DNA of 64,000 nucleotides, from positions 34,179-98,178 of the forward strand of contig WFSJ01000018.1 in NCBI GenBank assembly GCA_015486055.1, given 5' to 3'. The translations under genes and the position numbers were made by a program. This document shows positions 56,891 to 64,000 of the stretch, piece after piece. Source of the stretch: Acidobacteriota bacterium (lineage in GTDB: Bacteria > Acidobacteriota > Aminicenantia > S016-38). The notes below the pieces were generated by a model that saw only the letters and a list, made by a program, of their open reading frames with translations, made no database searches and was not told the DNA's origin. Every line of letters starts with the position of its first letter. Positions within the stretch are counted from its first letter, which is position 1.

Positions 56891-58615
56891 ATGGAAAAGG
56901 AGAGGTTCTTAAGAAAGATCATAAAAAATGCTCAGGGGCCTGTTTCCGTGGAAAGAGCTGCTGAAGAATTTGCTCAAGGCCTTATGAAAGAAAGGTCTTT
57001 TGAGCCAGTAAAAATATACAATCCTGATTGTAAATACGAGGTGGGAAACCTTATTTATAAGGAATTTAATGAAAAACTCAGGTTGGGAAAGAGTAAATAT
57101 CAGGAGTTTGAGGGGCATGCTATTTTAAAAGTAACCGGCAAGAAATATTCTCCAGAATTTGGATGTTTTATGCTTACCCTCGAGTATGAAGGAGGGGGGA
57201 TTTTGAGAGAGCATTTCAGCTATTTAAAGAGGGCTAAGATCGGATTCTATCTCCCGAGTTATGAGCTGAAAGAATGCCCCCAGCTTCCAGAGGATGAAGA
57301 TCCCAGGAAAGAGGAAGTAAAACCCACTGAGGAAATTGTGAAAAACGCGAAAAGGGAAATAATTGAGATAGCAAAAAAGAGCCCCGACCTTTTCGTTTGG
57401 AGAGGCTATATTGACCTTGCCTCAAAGATACCAAAGGTTGAGGACAGCTTTGTAAAGCTTGTCGAAGAATATATGAGTGAAATGGGCAAGTCATCTTCAA
57501 CTGAGGAATTGGTAGAGAAAATTCTTGGGAAGCCAAAGGAAGATAATTCTTTCGGGAGATGGTGCCTTTCTCTGAGTAAAAGTTTAGAAGCACGCCAGTT
57601 GACCTTCGTTCTTGTTTCAAAGAAGGGTTTTGGAAGGTGGAATACATGGGTAAACCTTGTAAATTTAGAAAAAGATCTTCCGATAAGGGTAAGGAGGAAA
57701 CTCCCGATATTCTTTTCCCGCTCGAAGGTTGAAATAGATGCATATATGAGGGATTTTGAGAGAGGAGAGAAAAAAAGGGAGTCAAGGAACAGATACATTC
57801 TTTCTTGGCGGGAGGTTCTAAGTGGAGCAGTCAGAGTTAGGAGGGGGATGAGGAACATTTTGAAGGGAGAGCTTGATCTTGAAGGGAGAGAAAGAGGAAA
57901 GGCGTACAAGCTTTACTATTTTCCTGAGAAAAATTATATCCTCGGTCTTGGAAATTATTATAGGGAAAATTTCGTGGTTCAAGGGGCCCAGCTTTTCCTT
58001 GAATGGAAGGATGATCATTTTGATTTGTCCCTCAGGAAGGAGAAAAAGCCATTCCATGCTCCGATGCTAATTTATCAGCCAGAAGGAGATGAATTCATTC
58101 TAAAGGAAGCAGAATTGTCCTCTGAAATGGATGTTGAGAAGCATGTTTTTATAACGAGGGATGAGATAAAAGAAATTCTTGACAAAATGCACGAGTTTAG
58201 AGCGATAGGAGATCTGACAGCCCTGCTGAGAGAACTGGTAAAGGATTTTGGGGATCCTGAGCAATCCTTTAGAATCAATTATCTCAAGTTGTGGCATGTA
58301 GCGGAGCTCGTTCAAGGAATAAGTAAGGAAGAAGTGATTCTTTCCCTTTTAGGTAACGAGGAATTTGTCCAGGAAGAGGAATTCGGATATTTTAACCTTG
58401 ATCTTAACAAAGCTGCCAAAATACCAGTTGAGAGAGAGGAGAAGGTAGAAAAAAGACGAGAATGGGAGAGGAAAAGAATAGAGGTGGAGAACAAGAAAAT
58501 TCCTGATTTTGTGAAGAAGAAAAAGAAGGGCAAAAGAAAGCAGAAGAAATCTTCAAAGGTCAAGGAGGGCTTCTTCGCAGAGAAGCTTAAGGAAGCTATA
58601 GAGAAAAAGGATTAA
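56891..58615 (+). CDS. Hypothetical charged 574-aa protein with C-terminal poly-Lys tail
   Basis: No recognisable domain. C-terminal KKKKKGKRKQKKSSKVKEG. Starts 1 nt after the argF stop. Confidence 0.5.
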   Translation: MEKERFLRKIIKNAQGPVSVERAAEEFAQGLMKERSFEPVKIYNPDCKYEVGNLIYKEFNEKLRLGKSKYQEFEGHAILKVTGKKYSPEFGCFMLTLEYEGGGILREHFSYLKRAKIGFYLPSYELKECPQLPEDEDPRKEEVKPTEEIVKNAKREIIEIAKKSPDLFVWRGYIDLASKIPKVEDSFVKLVEEYMSEMGKSSSTEELVEKILGKPKEDNSFGRWCLSLSKSLEARQLTFVLVSKKGFGRWNTWVNLVNLEKDLPIRVRRKLPIFFSRSKVEIDAYMRDFERGEKKRESRNRYILSWREVLSGAVRVRRGMRNILKGELDLEGRERGKAYKLYYFPEKNYILGLGNYYRENFVVQGAQLFLEWKDDHFDLSLRKEKKPFHAPMLIYQPEGDEFILKEAELSSEMDVEKHVFITRDEIKEILDKMHEFRAIGDLTALLRELVKDFGDPEQSFRINYLKLWHVAELVQGISKEEVILSLLGNEEFVQEEEFGYFNLDLNKAAKIPVEREEKVEKRREWERKRIEVENKKIPDFVKKKKKGKRKQKKSSKVKEGFFAEKLKEAIEKKD

Positions 58616-59379
58616 AACCTGTAGCTGAGCCCTCCAGAAAGAGCGAATCCGTCCAGCACGCCGAATTCAATGGAGGAGCTAAGCTTCTCAAGCATTCTTA
58701 TTCTGAGCCCAAGAGAAAGTTTTACAAAGGGAAGAAATGATGGGACAGCTTCTTCCTCTTTCCTCAGTTCATCAAAGGTTTTGCTTTCATTTATGCTGTA
58801 GTCCTTAACCTTTCCAAGAATCTCAGATGTTCCGCTTCCTTTAAACTCAGCACTGCCTTTTAAGTATCCTGCTCCTCCCCCGAAAGTAAAGTATGGGGAA
58901 AGTATTCTTGAAGGTAGAAATTCCCATCTCAGTTCAGCAAGAAGTACTGGAGTAGAAATGTTAACCTTTCCAGTTCCGTTAAGCTTTAGATTATTTCCTT
59001 CCTTGTTGACATTTACCTTTCCATCAGCTTTGAGGTTCATGTTGATCTTCCTCAGGAAAAGCCCGAAGCTGAAACTTCCATTTTTTCCTCCAGGGTAAAG
59101 TCTGAAGCCCATACCGTAAATTCCTCCTGAGGAACTGAAGTTGGTGGAATGAGAATATTCTGCGCCTTCCAGTTCAGGATAATCTTTTTCTATAGTGCTT
59201 CTTATTGCCTCATCAATTTGGTCATCAGCAAGCCCTTCAATTTGTCCTTTAAGAGGATTGAGTGACCACATCCCACCTCCAATTATAAACTTTACACTTA
59301 CTCCCGCCCTTAGGAAAAGCCCGAAGCTTAAAAAAATTATTAATAGAGCTATTTTCCTCATACTTATATTCTGGGACAT
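58612..59379 (-). CDS. Outer-membrane beta-barrel protein (OmpW/OmpA-like porin family candidate)
   Basis: Signal peptide, alternating amphipathic beta-strands, C-terminal ...GGLSYRF with terminal Phe. Confidence 0.55.
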   Translation of the reverse strand: MSQNISMRKIALLIIFLSFGLFLRAGVSVKFIIGGGMWSLNPLKGQIEGLADDQIDEAIRSTIEKDYPELEGAEYSHSTNFSSSGGIYGMGFRLYPGGKNGSFSFGLFLRKINMNLKADGKVNVNKEGNNLKLNGTGKVNISTPVLLAELRWEFLPSRILSPYFTFGGGAGYLKGSAEFKGSGTSEILGKVKDYSINESKTFDELRKEEEAVPSFLPFVKLSLGLRIRMLEKLSSSIEFGVLDGFALSGGLSYRF

Positions 59380-59405
59380 TTTCAGGGGATGTCAAAAAAT
59401 AGCGA

Positions 59406-60533
59406 TTAGAATCCATTCCTGTATTTTTTGGCCACTTCTTCTGCTACTTCTAAAGTTGTATTACTCCCTCCGAGGTCATAAGTTCTTACCCTTCCCTCAT
59501 CAATGACCCTTTCTATCGCTCTCTCAAGTCGAGTGGCTTTTTCAGTTTCTTTGAGATAGTCTAACATCATCTTTACCGCAAGAAGGGTAGCTGTTGGGTT
59601 CACCTTGTATTGCCCGGCATATTTTGGGGCAGACCCATGGGTTGGTTCAAAGAGCCCAAGGTTATCCCCGATATTTCCTGAAGGCGAAAAGCCCATACCA
59701 CCCACAAGTTGCGCAGACAGGTCAGAGATTATGTCCCCAAAGAGGTTTTCGGCCACGAGGACCTCATACTTTTCCGGATTCTTAAGGAGCCACATCGTCA
59801 TAGCATCTATATTAGCTTCCCAGAGTTCTATTCCCGGATATTGCTCAGCAATATCCCTTGCTATTCTTGTCATAAGTCCCCCTGTTTCCCTGAGCACATT
59901 TGGCTTTTCAACAAGGGTAACTGATTTTTTCCCTGCGGTTTTCGCGTATTCAAAAGCTGCCCTCACTATTCTTTCGCATCCCTTTTTTGTCATTATTCTT
60001 GTAGAAATAGCTATTTCATCCGAAGGAACATCCTTGAACCTTTCCATCTTTGGGTTAATTAAAAGCGCGCTTTTTACTTCATCAGGGAGTGGATAAAATT
60101 CCACCCCTGCATAGAGACCCTCTGTGTTTTCTCTAAATATTACAAGGTCTATGTCATCCCTGTAATTTAAGGGATTTCCCTTGTAAGCCTTACATGGTCT
60201 AAGATTAATATAAAGGTCAAATTCCTGACGGAGCCTTACAATTGGTGAGAAATATTTATAACCCTTCCCCCTGAGTTCCAGGGCAAGTTCCTTCTGGGCT
60301 TCATCCTTGGGTTTTGAGGTAATCGCTCCCATAAGTACTGCATCCACTGACTTTAAGAGATCTATGGTTCTTTGGGGAAGAGGATTTCCCTCGTTCTTCC
60401 AGAATTCCCATCCTATACTCCCCTTTACATACTCAGCATCAAGCTTTATTTCCTCAAGAACGATTTCTGCAGCATCTAAAACATCCCTTCCTATCCCATC
60501 TCCTGGGAGGATAGCAATCTTATATTTAGCCAT
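59406..60533 (-). CDS. Isocitrate/isopropylmalate dehydrogenase-family enzyme (IDH, LeuB or tartrate DH-like)
   Basis: KIAILPGDGIG, NLFGDIISDLSAQLVGGMGFSPSGNIG. Confidence 0.8.
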   Translation of the reverse strand: MAKYKIAILPGDGIGRDVLDAAEIVLEEIKLDAEYVKGSIGWEFWKNEGNPLPQRTIDLLKSVDAVLMGAITSKPKDEAQKELALELRGKGYKYFSPIVRLRQEFDLYINLRPCKAYKGNPLNYRDDIDLVIFRENTEGLYAGVEFYPLPDEVKSALLINPKMERFKDVPSDEIAISTRIMTKKGCERIVRAAFEYAKTAGKKSVTLVEKPNVLRETGGLMTRIARDIAEQYPGIELWEANIDAMTMWLLKNPEKYEVLVAENLFGDIISDLSAQLVGGMGFSPSGNIGDNLGLFEPTHGSAPKYAGQYKVNPTATLLAVKMMLDYLKETEKATRLERAIERVIDEGRVRTYDLGGSNTTLEVAEEVAKKYRNGF

Positions 60534-60545
60534 TTTTTCCTCCTG

Positions 60546-61406
60546 TCATATTAATTTTTCAGCGAAAGTTGGCAAGCTGAATGCCCCGAAATGTATTCCC
60601 TTGTTATAGTATTTTGTTTCAAGGCCAAGTTCCATGTATTTTTCCTCCCTGAAGTTCTTTAAGGGATGAAGCTTATCGCTACAGAAGCAAAAACTCCACA
60701 TTGCACTGGGGTAAGCAGGAATCCATGACCAGTACATAAGGACATTACTGAAAAGTTTCCTTAGATAAGAGTATGTATTTTTTACAATGTCAGGGTGATA
60801 GAAAGGAGATTCTGTTTGGGCGACGAGGATTCCTCCTTCTCTCAGTCTTTTTTTTGCGTTAGAGAAAAATTCCTCTTTAAAAAGAACATCTGCTGGACCT
60901 ATAGGGTCTGGTGAGTCAATTATTATAACCTCGTATTTTCCAGTATCTGTTTTTACGAACTCTGCTCCGTCCCCGAATATAAGATTTAACCTCGGGTCAG
61001 AGAATCCTTTACTCATTATGGGGAAAAATTTTTTGCTGATTTCCACCACCTGTTGGTCTATTTCCACCATTTTTATTCTTTTTACCCCGGGATGGCGGGA
61101 AACTTCCTTTATGGTTCCGCCGTCTCCTCCTCCTATTACGAGAACTTCTTCCGGTGAGGGGTGAACAAAAAGTGGGACATGAGATATCATTTCATGATAG
61201 ATGAATTCGTCCCTCTCGGTAAACATTATTGACCCATAGAGCACTAACATTTTCCCGTATTCATAGGTATCAAAGACCTCAATTCTCTGGAACTTACTTT
61301 CCCCGCTGTAGAGAACCTTCTTGATCTTTAGAGTGAGGCCTGCAGTCCCATTGTGAAGCTCTGTATACCATAGATTCCATAGATTTTCAAAATATTTGAA
61401 ACTCAA
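60546..61406 (-). CDS. speE: Polyamine aminopropyltransferase (spermidine synthase)
   Basis: VLVIGGGDGGTIKEV, DGAEFV, IIIDSPDPIGPA. Confidence 0.85.
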   Translation of the reverse strand: MSFKYFENLWNLWYTELHNGTAGLTLKIKKVLYSGESKFQRIEVFDTYEYGKMLVLYGSIMFTERDEFIYHEMISHVPLFVHPSPEEVLVIGGGDGGTIKEVSRHPGVKRIKMVEIDQQVVEISKKFFPIMSKGFSDPRLNLIFGDGAEFVKTDTGKYEVIIIDSPDPIGPADVLFKEEFFSNAKKRLREGGILVAQTESPFYHPDIVKNTYSYLRKLFSNVLMYWSWIPAYPSAMWSFCFCSDKLHPLKNFREEKYMELGLETKYYNKGIHFGAFSLPTFAEKLI

Positions 61407-62515
61407 ATTTCTTCCTCCAATATTATTTTAGTTTTCTCTATCCCATTGAAATTGGATGCGCTGCTTGCCGTATAAGCCCCCATTGAGGGGAAGATAAGAA
61501 AATCCCCAATTTCAAGTTCCGGGAGAAGAACCTCCCTGTGAGTTACATCAAAGGAATCACAGGTGGGACCAGCTATAACTGATGGCCTCTTTTTCCCCTC
61601 TCTTTCTGTGACGATTGGATAATCTGCATGGTCATAAACCTTTCCCGAAAAGCTGCCATAGAGCCCGTCATCTATGTAATACCAATTCATTCCTTTCCTT
61701 TTAGCTTTCCCTACAACAGATGCTATAAGATAGCAGGAGTCTCCAATCATGAATCTTCCCGGCTCAGAGATGACCTCTATTCCGGAGAAATAATTCTCTA
61801 CAACCTGATTCGCCGGCTCTATAAAGTGCTCTATTGCCATTACGGGTTCCTTGTAAACAACAGGGAAACCTCCTCCTATGTCGAGAATCTCCATTTCAAA
61901 TCCTTCTGAAGAAAAGATATCAAAGAGCCTTTTTGCTATTTTTAAGGTTTCTATGTAGGGAAGCGGGTTGGTTGTCTGTGAACCAACATGGAAAGCAAGC
62001 CCCTTAGGCTTTAGCCCAAGAGAAAGTGCATATTTCATAAGCTCTTTTGCTTGGCCCGGCTCTGCCCCAAATTTCTCGGAGAGGTTTACCACACAAAAGG
62101 GATTTTTTACTTTAAGCCTTAAAAGGACCGGTGCTCCTTTCCATACTTCTGATATTTTTTCTATCTCGTTGATATTATCAAAAATCAGGGTCTTTACCCC
62201 GTAATCTCTCGCGAGCTCAATCTCGCCTATTTTTTTTATTGGCCGAGTGTATATCACTTTTTCACCGGTTAGACCCAAATCTTTGGCTAAGGAAAGTTCC
62301 CCTGGTGAGCTTACATCGAGTCCCATGCCCAACTTGACCATTTGTTCAACAATTTTTGGGTGAGGGTTTGCTTTAACAGCATAATAGGGAAATACATCAG
62401 GAAGGAGTTTCCTGATAAGGAGATATTTTTCCCTTATCCTTTCTGTTGAACAAACCAGAACAGGAGTTGAAAACTTTTCCCCTATTTCCTTAGCCTTTTT
62501 GAATCCTTCTCTCAT
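61403..62515 (-). CDS. PLP-dependent decarboxylase of the Orn/DAP/Arg family (alanine-racemase fold). An ornithine, arginine or carboxy(nor)spermidine decarboxylase candidate
   Basis: YAVKANPHPKIV (PLP-Lys), GxGLDVSSPGE, HVGSQ, C-terminal GAYT... Confidence 0.75.
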   Translation of the reverse strand: MREGFKKAKEIGEKFSTPVLVCSTERIREKYLLIRKLLPDVFPYYAVKANPHPKIVEQMVKLGMGLDVSSPGELSLAKDLGLTGEKVIYTRPIKKIGEIELARDYGVKTLIFDNINEIEKISEVWKGAPVLLRLKVKNPFCVVNLSEKFGAEPGQAKELMKYALSLGLKPKGLAFHVGSQTTNPLPYIETLKIAKRLFDIFSSEGFEMEILDIGGGFPVVYKEPVMAIEHFIEPANQVVENYFSGIEVISEPGRFMIGDSCYLIASVVGKAKRKGMNWYYIDDGLYGSFSGKVYDHADYPIVTEREGKKRPSVIAGPTCDSFDVTHREVLLPELEIGDFLIFPSMGAYTASSASNFNGIEKTKIILEEEI

Positions 62516-62545
62516 TTTCTGAATTATAACAAAGGCTTAAGAATG

Positions 62546-63220
62546 TTAATAACCAGCATTTGTCAGTATTATAAATCCTATATCATCCCCGTAGGGTGCG
62601 TCATTTGGCTTTGTCATTCTGTTTATCGTATCGGCAAAGGCAGTTGACCAAAGGGCATCAGGTCCAGCAGACAACACAAAAATCCTGTGTTCCAAAGCCA
62701 GACTTCCTCCTCTTGGATTCCCAGGAAAATACCTTGCGTTGACAACATAGGAATTTCCCCACGGATCATCAAGAATTTCATAATCTATATATGGCCCTCT
62801 CCAAGCATTCTTGCCTTTAATTGGATAATCCTGTCCTTCCTCGTTTTGGTTCTTTTCCCCTGTATTTTCATCTGGGTTGTTGTAAAAAAGGTAATCACTA
62901 ATTTGTTTATATATTCCAAGGGATCCCCAGTTATAAGCCCCCGGATGGGCGCTGGGCGTTTCTCCCTGGGGTATATGCTCCGGGTCTCCGACTATCCTGT
63001 CAATTCCCCCGGAAGGACCCGGCTCATTTGTAAAAGGCCATTTTCCCGTATCTTTGTGCAGAGTAAGAATTGCAGAAGATATTATTAACGTCTCGTTTTT
63101 TGCCCTTGCTATATACGCATCCTTCATTTGCTTTACGACGACAGGGATGAGAATCGAGGCCAAAATACTTACCATGGCAAGAACAACTATTATCTCTATA
63201 AGGGTGAATCCCCTTTTCAT
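62546..63220 (-). CDS. Type II secretion/type IV pilus pseudopilin (GspG-like N-terminus)
   Basis: MKRGFTLIEIIVVLAMVSILASILIP. Confidence 0.7.
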   Translation of the reverse strand: MKRGFTLIEIIVVLAMVSILASILIPVVVKQMKDAYIARAKNETLIISSAILTLHKDTGKWPFTNEPGPSGGIDRIVGDPEHIPQGETPSAHPGAYNWGSLGIYKQISDYLFYNNPDENTGEKNQNEEGQDYPIKGKNAWRGPYIDYEILDDPWGNSYVVNARYFPGNPRGGSLALEHRIFVLSAGPDALWSTAFADTINRMTKPNDAPYGDDIGFIILTNAGY

Positions 63221-63263
63221 AGATTTATTCTAACAGAAGCCCCTTCCATTATAAAATACACCT

Positions 63264-63995
63264 ATGATAGAAAAGATTCTGACATGCATTTTCTTTCCAC
63301 CAGGAGGATTCGTTTTTCTCCTTTTTATTTCCGGGCTTTTGATTGCGAGAGGCAAGAGAAAATCAGCCCTTTATCTGGTTCTTTTTTCGGCTGTTTTTCT
63401 TTATTTCCTTTCCACAAAGGCGGGGAGTGAGCTCTTTCTTCGTCCTCTTGAGGATTCTTACCCTCAGCCCGCTGCTTTAGATGGTGATGTTATTGTTGTC
63501 CTTGGAGGCGGGGAATTCGGCCATTGTCCGGATGGGATTTGTGTTTCATTATCTTCTATGAAAAGGTGTATGTTTGCTTTTTTTATTCAAAAAAGGGATT
63601 CTCTCCCGATAATAGTTGCGGGAGGAAAGCTCTTTGGCATGAATCGGACAGAAGCCGAAGTAATGGGAGATTTTTTGAGTTCTCTGGGTGCGAAGGGTGT
63701 GGTAGAGGAGAAGAGAACAATAAATACATGGGAACAAGGAAAGGTGATTTCAGGGATAATGAGGGAAAGAGGGTGGAAAAAGGCAATTCTTGTCACCTCA
63801 GCTTTTCATATGAGGAGAGCCGTTTACTCCCTCCAAAAAAATGGGGTCATTGTTATACCTGCCCCCACAGATTATAGAACCGACAGGGAAGGGTCAGTAT
63901 TAAGCTATTTACTCCCTGATTCTCGACACCTAAATCAAAGCTTTCTTGCGCTTCATGAATACATTGGTCTTCTTTATTACAGGCTGAGAAGATAA
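63264..63995 (+). CDS. DUF218 (ElyC/SanA/YdcF) family envelope protein
   Basis: N-terminal TM, VIVVLGGG motif, about 240 aa. Confidence 0.6.
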   Translation: MIEKILTCIFFPPGGFVFLLFISGLLIARGKRKSALYLVLFSAVFLYFLSTKAGSELFLRPLEDSYPQPAALDGDVIVVLGGGEFGHCPDGICVSLSSMKRCMFAFFIQKRDSLPIIVAGGKLFGMNRTEAEVMGDFLSSLGAKGVVEEKRTINTWEQGKVISGIMRERGWKKAILVTSAFHMRRAVYSLQKNGVIVIPAPTDYRTDREGSVLSYLLPDSRHLNQSFLALHEYIGLLYYRLRR

Positions 63996-64000
63996 AACCC

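Noticed and set aside
58480-58560. Purine-rich run gaagaagaaaaagaagggcaaaagaaagcagaagaaatc as a possible repeat element
   Set aside because: It is simply the coding sequence of the poly-Lys tail of the 574-aa protein
57234-58563. Several minus-strand and alternate-frame ORFs inside the 574-aa hypothetical gene
   Set aside because: Overlap a longer, SD-linked ORF. S/L/F/P-rich translations
1-64000. CRISPR arrays, prophage, IS elements or integrases
   Set aside because: No regularly spaced direct repeats seen. No transposase, integrase, recombinase or phage-structural ORFs. The only tRNA (48.9 kb) is flanked by housekeeping genes

Overview
A 64-kb chromosomal segment of a low-GC bacterium. 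Proteins are rich in K, E and I, suggesting a thermophile. An outer-membrane beta-barrel gene, a fused LptF/LptG permease and several pseudopilins indicate a diderm envelope. Gene density is high and most content is housekeeping: pgeF-like (partial), murB, comEA-like, lptFG, asnS, rimO, pgpA, rpsT, ispH, rpsA, a HIT protein, dnaK, recA, rex, aspS, tsaE, nnr, galU, tRNA-Ala, glnA, arcC, argF, speE. I found no transposase, integrase, phage genes or CRISPR array. The standout locus is a 13-gene operon at about 28.8-39.9 kb, led by rex. It encodes Mrp antiporter subunits E, F, G, B', B and C, a 1049-aa double MrpD/NuoN-like subunit, and NuoH-, NuoB-, NuoC- and NuoD-like proteins. Its last gene fuses a NuoI-like 2x[4Fe-4S] ferredoxin to a GltD/NfnB-type NAD(P)H flavoprotein. 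This looks like an Mbx/MBS/Ehr-type energy-converting, non-hydrogenase complex wired directly to NAD(P)H. Other notable items: three tandem membrane-anchored NPP-family (type I phosphodiesterase/nucleotide pyrophosphatase) paralogs followed by a polytopic membrane protein; a four-gene minor-pseudopilin operon and a separate GspG-like pilin; a membrane Ser/Thr kinase with N-terminal Sel1/TPR-like repeats and a C-terminal kinase domain; an orphan PAS histidine kinase beside an archease; an arcC-argF pair preceded by a P-loop protein of unknown function and followed by an uncharacterised 574-aa charged protein; a polyamine cluster (PLP decarboxylase, speE, IDH-family dehydrogenase); and a 39-aa SD-driven membrane micro-ORF missed by the ORF track. 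Hand-derived coordinates for promoters, the tRNA and small ORFs are approximate to within 1-2 nt.
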